Of a stretch of 64,000 bases of DNA, positions 11,797 to 23,694 are shown piece by piece; positions within the stretch are counted from its first letter, which is position 1; each line of letters starts with the position of its first letter. Position numbers and translations under genes: made by a program. Source of the DNA: Sphagnum compactum (lineage: Eukaryota); NCBI GenBank assembly GCA_965153455.1, contig OZ234493.1:27580213-27644212 (forward strand). Reading direction: 5' to 3'. Below the pieces are notes generated by a model that searched no databases, was not told where the DNA came from, and saw only the letters and a list, made by a program, of their open reading frames with translations.

Positions 11797-14700
11797 TAGT
11801 AGAGACCTTTGTGTTATAGTACAATAAATACGTAAATAAAATGGTGTCTAGAAACTTTTAGTCTTGAGATTCAAAAAGGTATTAAGATTTGGGTAGATGC
11901 AAGCTACAATGGTTCACTTGTGTAATGAAATGGTGTTTTTTTTCAGGGTACCCTTTAGTCAAATGCATGTGGTGAATAATATATCTTTAAGTCTATTAAT
12001 TGGGACTTGGATCTAAACTAACAATTTCATTATGAAAAGAATTTTCTGATTATTTTATTGATAATAAATTCATTTGTTAGCAGTAATGGACTTTTGAAGT
12101 TGAAAAATATAGACCGGTTGTCTGACTGAAACATCACAAAACAAAAAAAAATTATATTGATTCACATTCCAAATTTGTTATTAGGACTCAATATGTAATG
12201 GAATACAAGATAATAAACTCATATGATGAATCTTTTCTTTGAAAACTTTAACTGTTTAATAGTTAAAATTTAACCATATTTTCATAAGTCCATATGAGTT
12301 GTGATTTTTATTCATTTTTCAATTTTTTTGTTCCAAAATTATATGTTTTTGAAAAAATTTAATGGGACATTATTTTTTTAGATTTTGTGCGCTTTTTTTT
12401 TAAGAATTTCAAATTTGAAAATGACATCATTTACATTAAATACAAATTTTCACATAAATTTGAGAAAGTCTATAAGTGATTAAATATGTATTATTCAAAT
12501 ACTAAAATAATAATATTTTTTAAAGTACCAACTGCGTCCATTCAAATCACTTTAAGAAAATTTGTATGGACTTTTAAAAGTGTATTTTCTGTGGCTATTG
12601 AGCCATTGCTCCCTGCATTCACCCATTTACAAACATGAGTCTTTAACATGATTCTTAGGAATATTATTCATATAGTTGAGTCCAACAGGTTGTTTGAAGT
12701 GTCGAACTACCTAGTATGGAAAGGCAAATCAGGGTTGTTTTGTTATAGAAGGAACTCTAGGAGTATGTTGATCCGGTAGAAGAGTCAGACAATGATTCGA
12801 TGGTTGAGGAACCTGAGCTCACCAACATTGCAGAAACCGTAGAAACTGCTACAAGCAAGAGTAGCAGTTTATTATATAATTTTACACAGTCCAAGAAAAC
12901 AATGTAAATGTAAAAATATATATTTTTATATGATTTTACATGGCTATGTAAAACAATGGAGAAAGGATGGATGATTATAAGGTGGGGTAAATCATCATAA
13001 ATGCATTGCCCGAATCCTATGATGGATTCATTAATTCTGTCACGGGACGAGATGAGCTTCCGACGATGGACAAGTTGACAAACGAATTGTTGTTTGAAGA
13101 GTAAAGGTGAGAGATTAGGAAGATCAAGGCCATCAACAATGAAGCCTTGTTCTTGAGCTCGTACCGTGGAAGGGTAGACCGAGGTAGAGGGTGTGCAAGA
13201 GGTCGTGGACAAAGGAAATTACATTCCAGGGAGGGTCTTTAATGGTGCTCAAGATGGACAAGCTCATGAGCTACAAAACACTCCTTGACGTCCTGGTAAT
13301 TGCAACAAGTGTCATCGACGTGGGCATTGGGGAAGAGAATGCCCTTATTATCCAAATGAAAAATAGCCACATTCTCAAGTCAATACTATTACATAGTTGA
13401 CAAGACTGAAGGTAGTTGGCAAGCAGAAGCAGAAGATGTTATGCCAAATTTCAAAGAGTTGCCATGTTTACAATGAATCCAAGCAAGAGTGATACCAATT
13501 GGTACTTAGATTCTGGGGCTACATCTTATGTGATAAGAGATCTCAGGAAGTTTACTGAGATGAAAGAATAGTTGGAATCAATTCAGTGAGTTCTGTTGCT
13601 GGTCAAACTCACAAGGTGCATGGCAAAGGCACTGTTGTTGCTGCTCACAATGAAGAAATAAAAATGAACAATGTTCTTTACGTCCCAGGTGTAAAGAAAA
13701 ATTTGTTATCTGTAGGAGCAATTGCTAACATGGGGTATGTCGTGATGTTTAGCCCCAACAAGTGTTGGATTGTGTCAAAAAAGTATCCTCATAGAGTAAT
13801 CGTCGAAGGAATGAAAGATACTGTAAATGGTCTATACAGACTGGTAAGTATTGGGAGTACAAGAGATGTGAGTCAAAAGAGAGAAGAAGTTCTTCTAACA
13901 GAACGCAACATAGACATTGATCTATGGCACATAAGGTTTGGTCATATTGGATTTCAAGGTCTTCATGAGTTATCCAAAGGTGGAATCTCCATATGCATGC
14001 CTTATGTTCCAGTAGTCTCAAAAAGAGTGTGATCATTGTGTCCTACGTAAACAACACAAGACATAGATTCCCAAGACCGGCATTATTAGTGCTAGTGAAG
14101 TCAATGAGTTTTGTCATGGCGACTTATGTGGTCCGTTCAAACATGCATCACTTGGAGGTTCCAAGTTTTTCCTTACTTTCACTGATGATTACTCTAGATG
14201 TACTTGGGTTTATTTCTTGGGTGTTAAGTCCCAAGCCTTTTAGAACAAGATTCTGAAAGAACTAATGGAAAATCAAACTGGGAAGAAAATCAAGATACTC
14301 AAGACAATCAAGGTGGGGAGTTCATCTCAAACGCATTTTTTCAGTAATGTGAGGAGAATGGGATACATCGACAGCTGACGATAGTAGACAGTCCACATCA
14401 AAATGGTACTTTGTGGGATAGAGCTCGAAGCATGGCTGTAAAAGTTCAGTTGCCCCCATACGGCCTGTGGACGAAGTTGTGAATACAACAAATTTTATGG
14501 TGAACAAGAGTCTATCAAGAGCACTCAATGGATTGACACCTGAACATGCTTACACTGGTAATGTGCCTGACTTAAGTCTTTAAAAAGTGTTTGAGTGTCT
14601 AGCCTACGTGCATGTACCTAAGGTTGGAAAGGATTAATTAGAACCAAGATCAGTGAGGTGCATATTGATTGGTTATGATGACATGTCAAAGGCCTACCGA

Positions 14701-16867
14701 ATTTACAACCCTCAAGTGAAGAAAATTCTTTTTGATAAAGATTTAGTTTTTCATGAATCTATTATTGGGGATTTTCTCTTGAGCGAGAAATCATCAGTCC
14801 ACGTCAAAGATGATATTGTGATCCCATTAGAGCTTGAATCATCAAAAGATAAACCAGACATTTCAGGAGAAGTTGTAGCTAGGGAAGATCATGAGCACAT
14901 ACCAGCAAATGTAGTTGCAGCTACCACTAGGGGTGGGAGATAGTCAACACCTTTGAGAGATCGCGGCGAGGAGGACATTGAGAGGCAACCGATTGTAGTA
15001 GGAGAACTAAGAGCCACTAGGGTAGAAGGGTAGTCGGAAGGTTATGTTGAACCAACTAGGTCTGATTTCCCAAAGCACACAAAAGAACCTTCTTTGACAG
15101 AAATTGCAATGAGGTCTAGGTCCCATGCACTCCCACTCAGAGCTCCATGACAAAGATTTCTAAGTGCACCACTTCATTCCAAAGATTACATTTATTCCCT
15201 GGAATCAACTGATGAGCCGCAAACTTTTGAAAATGCTTGCGAACATCTCAGGTCGAAAGCAGCTATGCAATAGGGATCTGATTCAATCATGAGGAACAAA
15301 ACCTGGGAGTTGACAACCTTACCACTTGGAAAGGTTCTTGTGTCTTGCAAATGGGTGTTCAAAACTAAACTAACTTCTGATGGGAACACACAAAAATTCA
15401 AAGCTAGACTTGTAGCTTGAGGTTTGAGTAGACTCAAGGCATTGACTTCTAGGAAAATTTTGCACCTACAGTCAAATGGGCAACAATATGTGTTATTGTT
15501 GCAATGGCATCAAAGAATAGATGGGGACATCAAGCAGCTAGATGTCAGGTCAACATTTTTCAACAAAGATTTAAATGTGGAAGTATACATGTGTCAACCT
15601 CTTGGTTTTGAGGTTAAGGGAGAGGAAGATAAGGTGTGTCTATTGAAAAAAACAATCTATGGTTTGAAGCAGGCACCACGTGCATGATACTCCAAGATTA
15701 ATTCATTTTTCCACACACATGGTTTAGTCCGAAGTGAAGCAGACCATAATCTATACTTTAGTATCTCTAGAGAGGGTCTCTATGTTACATTAATTCTTTA
15801 TGTAGATGATACATTATTAACTGGAGACAACACACAGAAAATCAGAGAGTTAGAAGAAAAGATGGAAAAGTTTTTTTAAATGTCCCGTCTAGGTCTAGCT
15901 TGCCTATATTTAGGCATAGAATTCATTTATTTTCCTGAAGGAATCTTAAATTGTTGTAGCAACATTATGCTAACACAATCTTGGAGAGGTTTGGCATGAG
16001 TGATTGCTATGCAGTCTCAATTCCCATGGAAGAGGAAATGCGGATCAAAGCTGAAAACAACGGATTAAGTTGAGTATCAACGATTAATAGGAAGCCTGAT
16101 CTCTTACACACTTACCGGATCTAGCATTTTCAGTAAGTTGTATGAGTCGCTTTGTGTTTGTACCTCAAGATGCACACGCTCAAACAAGTAGAAGAATCTT
16201 GCGATACATTCAACGGACCAAAGATTACGGCATTTTCTTCTCGAGAAATGAACCTGAGGAGTTAGTGCTATACTCAGATGCAGATTGGGCTCGAGATTTA
16301 GATAAGCGAATATCTATCATGGGGCTGATTTACAAGTTTCATGGTTTTCCAAGTTTTTGGAGTAGTCGACTTCAGCCAACTGTCGCAATTTCAACTACAA
16401 AAGTTGAGTACCGAGCACTCACTGATGGTGCATGATAAGCAATATGGCTTAGAACATTGCAGAAGGAATTGAAAATTGGAGAACAGAAACCAACCTTGAT
16501 TTTGTGTGATAATCAGAGTGCATTAAAACTGGTCAAGAACCATGTTCTACATGCTAGAACTAAACACATAGAACCAGAACATCATTTCATAAGAGAAAAG
16601 GTAGAGCAGGGTCAGGTAGAGGTAGATATGTTCACAAAACAGAGCAAGAAGCAGATTTATTAACTAAACCTTTAGGTAAGCAAAAGTTTGAAGCCTTACG
16701 AGATTTAGTGGGAGTTACTAGTTTGCATCACTTGAGGAAGTATAAACCATCTACAGTTTCTCATAGTTCATATGCCTAGATAACTTTCAATCTGCTTCCT
16801 GTAATTAAGTTTGACCAATAGTTCAATAATATAGTCTTGATATATATTGTAGAAGGATAGCTAAGTG

Positions 16868-16877
16868 TGAGGGAGGG
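16868..16877 (+). other. Copia polypurine tract
   Basis: tgagggaggg immediately before the TG that starts the 3' LTR. Confidence 0.85.
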
Positions 16878-17234
16878 TGTAGGATAAAATTAGCTCCTAT
16901 TCACGTGTGCTTGTTGTAAACCATGTGATTACTTGACGTGTAAACTTGCTAGAAGCTTTTGAAGGGTGGATAAGAACACAAAAAAATTAGGCTGGGCTGT
17001 ACAATTAGATAGGATTGATCTAGCACACTTGGCTGCAAGATAGAGATGAATTCCTATTAATTTGGGGGTCATTGAAGTTAGAAGGGCAAAAACACAAGTA
17101 AACTGACAGGAATCTTGTAGAACCGGTGCATCTACTTGTATATATTCATGCATCTTGGGATTCCATGACACACCATTCTTTTGAGTAAAGTTCAATATAT
17201 GTATTCTACATTTTGATGTGTGATGAAGTCTTCA
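16878..17234 (+). repeat. Copia 3' LTR (357 bp)
   Basis: tgtaggataaaattagctcc...gtgtgatgaagtcttca; direct repeat of 11427-11784. Confidence 0.93.
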
Positions 17235-17923
17235 CTTCCAGCACCAAAACTTGTTGGATTATCACCCACTATTGCATTGCCATGTAGTATTGGTTTTAAC
17301 TTGAGGTGTTGAACTCTTAAGATTTGATTTGAATGGGGGTTTGGTTTATTAATTACATTTATTTCATTAACCTTTTCCTTCTATATGAAGGACATATTAA
17401 TTGCATTAATTGGCTATCATTTTATTGTGGTTGTGAGCTTTTTCGAAAATCCATTTCAGGTGTAGGGTTTAGGGCTAAGTGGGTCATGGCCCCGACTATG
17501 AGTAGGGGGGTGATGAAGTTACAAGCTACATGTCCCACAAGTTACAAGTTGATTTGCTAAAAATACATACCCCATTTCCTTAAAAAAGTGTCAAAGGGAG
17601 GCACAACATGTCAAAACTTGAGTGTGAGCACAATGGGTTAAACTGTTTTTCCACTCATGTCAAATCTCTTGTGGTGGGCAGTTACACAAACTGCACTAGG
17701 TATCATCATCCTTTTGCCCCCCTCTGCCAACCCATTTCTTCCTTACATGCTTTTGCATTTGGCAGTTGGAGACCTACTTCTTTTTTCTTGAGTTGTACCC
17801 ATTTCCTAAATTGAGCTCCAAAAGATTTGTAGGAATGTTTTGTTGCAAGACTAGGAAATTGCTTCCATAAAACTTAACTCTTATGGTCCCTGGAGCTACT
17901 GCTACTGCTGATGACCAGTGATG

Positions 17924-18083
17924 ATCACAACAATTGCTTTTGCAACAGAGTTGACTTATCAGTATCCATGAAACCTCATCACAACAATTGCTTTTGCAAC
18001 AGAGTTGATTGATCAGTACAGGAAACCTCATCACAACAATTTCCTTTGCAATGGAGTTGATAGATTGGTATCCATGAAACCTC
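17924..18083. repeat. ~54-bp tandem repeat, 3 copies, ending just upstream of the lipocalin-like ATG
   Basis: The unit atcacaacaattgcttttgcaacagagttgacttatcagtatccatgaaacctc is repeated three times with variants. Confidence 0.9.
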
Positions 18084-18087
18084 CAAT

Positions 18088-19889
18088 ATGCCTTTTGTTG
18101 GTCAATCTATTCAAAGCGCTTTCATGGCATGTACAGAGATGAAGAAGGCGGTCAGTTCAGACCCAGCATATTGTGTGGCAACCAGATGTAAACTTAAGAA
18201 GCTCCGTGAAGTATTCCTCCTCCTGCTTCTGCTTTCAATGCTCTGGGAACAAGTGACAGGAATTGATTTCCATCCCTTTTGCAAAATGGCAGTGGCAAGA
18301 AATGTTACAACATGTCCAGACATACCCACCTTTGATATTCTTGATGCAGATGCTTTCACAGGAACATGGTATGAAGTGGGAAGCACTGCACAGTTCAAGC
18401 TTTCAGCCGAAGCTGGTATGAGTTGTCCTCAAGTGACATACTCCCTTGCCACCACACCACACACTGGGTTTAACCAAGGTGTGGTTTTCAATGTGTTGAA
18501 TAGTGGGGTTCAGGTCATTTCTCCATTGGCAGCTCTAGAGGTCCACAACATCAACCAAGGGACCAAAGATATTTGCTGGAATGCTAGAGGTGTTTGCTCC
18601 ATGCTTGCTTCTGGTAGTCTTCAGCAGTCTCTGGCAGAGCTTGCTCAAGTCAGCTCTAGAGTTGAAGAAGGAAGTCCTGATGAAGCAAGCACTCTTAGGG
18701 CTGTGCAAAGTATGATCAGCACTGCCGCTGAAAACATCACCTTACAGTTGGATGGGCTTGCCTACCACATGATAGACATACAAACACATGATGGTTACCT
18801 CAGCCAAGCAAATGGTACAGACAAAAGCAGCGTAGATGAGATTAAGCATGCCATTTTGCAAGCCCGACAAAATAAGGCTGCCATAATGGAGCTTGTCGGT
18901 CAGATTGCAAATGCTCGTGAGGAGCTTATCAGGGTGGGTCTCATCTTGTGGGAAAGCAAGACGACAATAGAAGATATATATGCTCATGTTTTTGTATTCC
19001 ATAGATGCAGAGGTAAATAATACTGGTGGAGTGAATATTGGGAAAAATCAGGGCAAGGGGTTTGGTCCTTTTGGGTCTAAAAATTCAAACAACGGGGCCA
19101 CAAGAGATGGTACATCAAAAAATTGACAAAAGCATTTCATGCTGTGGTGATCTTGATGCAGGTTGCATTCAATCTCTTTCTAGCTGGATATGTCACACAA
19201 TCAGTGGACATTACACAAGCATCTCTCTTGATTGCTGCCACAGAGGTGGGAATTGTATCCAAGACAACCAACATTGGGCTCAGTTTCACAAGTATAGGTT
19301 CAGCAGCAGGGTTGACACTCAACAACAAGCCACACATCAAGAAGCCCTTGAGCTTCCCCAGCACTGCATTTCAGAATGCCACCTCTGGTGGAAAATTGCA
19401 GGTAGGTGTGCTCCCTCCCTCCCCAAGTTCCAATCTATCTGTTGATCTCTTTTCCAGAGGAGGAATAAGAAACACACATCAAAACTCCTACCTCAAAACA
19501 AGTCAAGTCCCTAGTGAAAAGAACCCTGTAGTAGTAGCAACCCTAGTCAGAAATCACAGCAAGAAACTTCAAAAGGGTTTTGGCTGCTTGGACTTACACA
19601 TTGACAGTATGACTCTGGTTGGCAGCAGTTGATGATCAGGGGACTGCCAGCACCATATTGGATCATAGCTCTGGAAGGTTTCCCAAGTGACAGTTATGAA
19701 GCTGCACTGATATACTCCTGCACACAAAACCTTCTGGCAAGTAGTACCACCCAACAATCAATCATTGTCATCTCCCGCACACCACAAATCAATCCTGCAA
19801 CACTTCGCAGATTCATGGCTGTCTCTGGGTCTTTGGGCATTGGATTTGATTGTGAAGATCCCTTCCTGTTCTCTTCATCTAGATGCTAA
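18088..19889 (+). CDS. Predicted secreted ApoD-like lipocalin with a large internal helical insertion; exons 18088-18933, 19162-19401, 19629-19889; ~448 aa from the first ATG
   Basis: Two phase-0 GT-AG introns (18934-19161 and 19402-19628, the latter with a CAGCAG acceptor) join three ORF-track frames. Lipocalin motifs: SCR1 CPDIPTFDILDADAFTGTWYEVG; CPQVTYSL..FNVLN; GGKLQ|LMIRGLPAPYWIIAL..YEAALIYSC (SCR2-like); SCR3 IIVISRTPQINPATL; terminal Cys. A signal-like stretch VFLLLLLLSMLWEQVTG is present. The true start (18088, 18124 or 18139) is uncertain. Confidence 0.8.
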
Positions 19890-20026
19890 AAAGTTCATGA
19901 TATCAATGTACACCCATTTTGAAAGAAAGCAAATGCTTTCTCTCTCTCTCTACATGAATGGTGCTAGCTATGAACACCAGCAACATACATTTCTTGATGC
20001 ACCAAGATATTGACCTACTACATTCC

Positions 20027-20317
20027 AAGGGTTTTTTTGCTGAAAGTCAGGGTGTTTGTAAAGAACCACCCGACTTTTTCTAGTGCATTTTGAAGATGTC
20101 AGGGGAACTTCTGAAATCTGGAAGGCCCCTTCCAGATTTCAGAAGTTCCTGTTTTAAAGAAAAGATGGAAAAAGGGGTGATTCTTTACGCATATGAAGGG
20201 TCCAGTTTCAGACCCTTTCAGACTTTTGGCCCCTCCACTTTGGCTACCAGCCTCACAAGGGGAGCCTCAAATCCAGAAGGGTCTAAAGCTAGACCCTTGT
20301 CCTATACCAAGAACCTT
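20027..20317. repeat. Cluster of hairpins / foldback element, with a perfect 22-bp inverted repeat
   Basis: ggaacttctgaaatctggaagg (20104-20125) + cc + ccttccagatttcagaagttcc (20128-20149). Additional stems: aaagtcagggtg/cacccgacttt, aagggtc/gaccctt and aagggtcta/tagaccctt. Confidence 0.75.
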
Positions 20318-22194
20318 AAGTCAATGTTTCCATTCAATGACAATAATGTGTGAAGTTTAGACTCTAGAAACCACCAAGTTAGATGGAGAAGGAAAGTCCA
20401 GCATGTGCTGCATTCTCTCTTTGCTCTTGGAAATAGAAATCATATCATTTAGTAGCAAGAAATCAAAAGACATGTATAACAAAGTTTCACAAGTAATGTG
20501 CAAGAACCCCATCTGTAAATAGCTACTGTTACACATTGAAAACTCAGGATAACTCTTCACTCAAGATAACTAAGAAAACAAAATTCAAACCACCAAATCC
20601 AGCAATCCCATTTGCCTGAAAAATAAATTTTCAGGCCTACAGAAAACCCTATTCAGCTGAACATTGAAAACAATAGTACCTTTCTATCATTTTCATTGGT
20701 TCTCTAAAATTCTCTCAAACCTCCTCCCAAACCCTATTACACAATTCACTGTTAGTTCACTCAAGATAACTAAGGAAAAAATTTACACCACCAAATCCAG
20801 CAATTCCATTGGCCATAACAGTTTTTCTTCACATACACACAACCCTACCCAACTGTGCCCTTTGTATATTACTACACTAATACTATAACCCCATCCATAT
20901 CCCTGTCAAAATCTTCAAACAGAGACACCCAAGTACATGACACCATGCATGGTCTTCAACTCTTGTGTTCATAATCTTTGTGTTTACTTTTTACTTCATT
21001 CCTGAAAATATGAGACATTCCATAGTCTACATCCAGGCCAAAGCCAACAGAGGAAGATCAAAGGGAGGAGATGCAGCAATTGAGAAGATAACCCAAAGTA
21101 ATACCTACACTTCAAGATGTAAACTATCAAAATTTCCAGGCAAACAGGGTGGGTATCAAGATCAGAGAGACTTGACAAATGAATTTTTTTGGGAACAACT
21201 TCATGCGCAAAGCTCAAATCTGCACACCATAATGCATAAAACTTCTGAATAATCAAAATCCACAGGGAAACAAGGAGACTGATTGATGAAAGAGCATTAT
21301 GTTACAACAGCACCCATCTGATTCTATTTTCCTACTACCAAAGCAGCAATTCTTGAACGATGTGATCGATCTGGCCTACAGCAGATTCAAACACAACTGA
21401 CATGAGAGTGGACAAATCCCTGACTACTACATCGACTCAGGATTTTAAATATTGCAACTGAATCTGAATCAGGTCCTTGACAGATCACTGATATACGACA
21501 CCTCTCTTGCATCACACAAACTGGTTATATAACAACAAAACTGCCCTTTTTCCTGAACACAACACCAAAAAACAGCATCCTTAAAGCTGTGTGACTTTGC
21601 ATTTGACAGACTTTCAAATCAGCAAATACATCTCAACTACCTGCAATAGGTACTAAAGTATACCCTCAAACCTTATCTAAAGTAGGCACCCCCAAAAGGT
21701 AGAAAAACACCACCTCCACCTCCTCCTGCAAGCCAACTTGACATAACTACAGCTAGAACCCTAAGTACACCATAACCCTAAATATGCTATTTCACTATGA
21801 GCATATTTCTAACTGCAGCACTGTAAAAAGATGAAGAAAAAGAAGAAGAACCGAAACTGTTCAGTTGTTGCACATTGAAACCACTGCCACTTCTTTTCCT
21901 GCTGGCAATGGTGGTATTTTCAGACATATTGATGATGAATAACTACTACAACTACATGACTCGGCACAATGGGTGCTTAGGATTCCACTGTATGGCAGCA
22001 AGCAAGCAGCTGTTGCCATGGGAAAAATCCTGATGATGCAAAAAGCCTTTTGCTCATAATCTCAAAAATATAAACACACAAACCCTAGAGATAAAAAACA
22101 CAAACCCTAGAGATTAAAAACACAAACCCTAGAGAAAAAAACACTGAGAGATATGATGATGGAAACTAATTTGTCAATCTACTAATTTTTGGGG

Positions 22195-23460
22195 TCAAAG
22201 AAGAGCATTCCATACAGCTCCATCACCTTCACCGCATCTTCGATGAACTTCTTTGATCCTTTCTACAGACTTGCAAATACCGCTACATGTCCAATCAAAG
22301 GATGCAACACATACGTTCCCAGCTTGCGCTTTCCATTCACAATCAGGTGGAGTACCGCAGCACATACTGCGGTCATCAATGTGATCAACATCCAAGCCAA
22401 TGATCCATGATCCCAATGAGACATCTTCATTGGTGTACCTATGAAGCAAAGCTTGATTAACAGCAATGTACCTCGCAAGGTCTCTGGAGATGGCATAGAT
22501 TTGTCCCGTTGCATGTCTGAAGTACTTGTTACCTTCTTCACCAAACTTCCAATGCTCAGGCTCGTAGTATTTCACTCCCTTCTGTGAAAGCACAGGTCCT
22601 GATTTCATGCAACCAATGTAGACTCGAGGTTTTGAGCTATGTCTTGCAAGAGTGGTGGCAAGCATACCTAAGTTCACATGCACATCATCATCAACTTTGA
22701 CATAGAAATCCGCATCCCATTTATTGACTGCTGTTGCAAAGTAGATCTTGGTCTTCATGGAGAGCTCAAGATATCCCTCCACATGATCCAGCCGCAAGAA
22801 ATCAGAATGCTGTGCATTTTCAGCTTCAATTGCTCGATCCAATATACCTCCTGCCGTTGCACTATGACCAATCACAAACCTAACCACAATACCTTTCTCT
22901 TGCTCCAATTGCTTCAGCTTCTCTCCCTGTGGCATCCATGATTCACGAACAGAGTCTCTCCTCTTTCTACTACTGAAAGCCGTGTTGATCCCTACCACCA
23001 TGAAAACCTTTTGTCGAGCTTCTGCAGGCTCCCCAGCAGCAGCATTCTGCAAAAGCACAGGATTTATTGTGCTCATGGTGGATGTGGTGCTCATTGTTAT
23101 CATGTTTTGGTTTTGTTGAGCACGAGAAGTTGCAAGCTCCACTTCTAAAGAGGAGATTGTCTTATCCAGAGTTTGGATCACCTGATGGGTCTTGGACACT
23201 TCCTCAAAGATATCTTTCTGTTGTGCCATGGCTGCCACCGCCTCTCCATCTGGTGGCTTGGGTTTCGGACTACTGCAATCTTGTTGTCTCACATATTCCA
23301 TCTCATCTAGGTTCCTCCACATCCTGTCTGTGAAGAGCAATCCCACCCCAAAACTTGCCAAACACAGCACCAGTATACCCTTCCATGAGATGTTAGCTAC
23401 CCCTCCTCCTCCTCTGCTTCCTCCTCCTCCACCACCACCAACTCCCAGCCGCAGGCGCAT
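22195..23460 (-). CDS. Glycosyltransferase family 31 beta-1,3-galactosyltransferase (DUF4094 + Galactosyl_T), intronless, 421 aa from MRLRLG
   Basis: Single uninterrupted ORF with a type II TM anchor ([20 protein letters not shown]) and coiled stem ([16 protein letters not shown]). Conserved motifs: [34 protein letters not shown] (DDD motif), [41 protein letters not shown]. Confidence 0.95.
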   Translation of the reverse strand: MRLRLGVGGGGGGGSRGGGGVANISWKGILVLCLASFGVGLLFTDRMWRNLDEMEYVRQQDCSSPKPKPPDGEAVAAMAQQKDIFEEVSKTHQVIQTLDKTISSLEVELATSRAQQNQNMITMSTTSTMSTINPVLLQNAAAGEPAEARQKVFMVVGINTAFSSRKRRDSVRESWMPQGEKLKQLEQEKGIVVRFVIGHSATAGGILDRAIEAENAQHSDFLRLDHVEGYLELSMKTKIYFATAVNKWDADFYVKVDDDVHVNLGMLATTLARHSSKPRVYIGCMKSGPVLSQKGVKYYEPEHWKFGEEGNKYFRHATGQIYAISRDLARYIAVNQALLHRYTNEDVSLGSWIIGLDVDHIDDRSMCCGTPPDCEWKAQAGNVCVASFDWTCSGICKSVERIKEVHRRCGEGDGAVWNALL

Positions 23461-23631
23461 TTCTGCCACCCCGCCCACCTGCTTCTTCTTCAGCCCTTCT
23501 CCAAGCTGCGAACTTTCTTTCTTTTTTCCTTTCTTTCTTTTTCTAGGTCGAGGACAACAACAAAATCTTTCCCTTACACAAACACAAAATTGCCGCAACT
23601 CTCACTCACTCCCGGCCGCCTCCCTCTTTTG

Positions 23632-23633
<2 letters not shown>

Positions 23634-23691
<58 letters not shown>
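23634..23691. repeat. (CT)n microsatellite in the GT31 5' leader
   Basis: Uninterrupted ct run. Confidence 0.95.

Positions 23692-23694
<3 letters not shown>

Larger units (their letters stand above)
11427..17234 (+). mobile_element. Ty1/Copia LTR retrotransposon, structurally complete but coding-decayed
   Basis: Paired TG..CA LTRs, PBS, PPT and a near-perfect 5-bp TSD (cttct 11422-11426 / cttcc 17235-17239). Domains are in Copia order: gag (SNYLVW ~12700; ALPESYDGF ~13005; zinc knuckle CNKCHRRGHWGREC ~13300), protease WYLDSGA ~13500, GAG-pre-integrase LWHIRFGH, integrase, RT (YGLKQAPRA; LYVDD ~15800), RNase H (YSDADWA; HARTKHI). Many stops and frameshifts. Confidence 0.95.

Noticed and set aside
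11944-12615. hAT-type MITE inside the Copia leader (caggg..ccctg ends)
   Set aside because: Only 5 bp of clear TIR and no 8-bp TSD; kept only as part of a low-interest finding.
22195-23598. 467-aa version of the GT31 ORF starting at TTG
   Set aside because: Non-ATG start in a eukaryote; the first in-frame ATG at 23460 gives a normal type II membrane topology.
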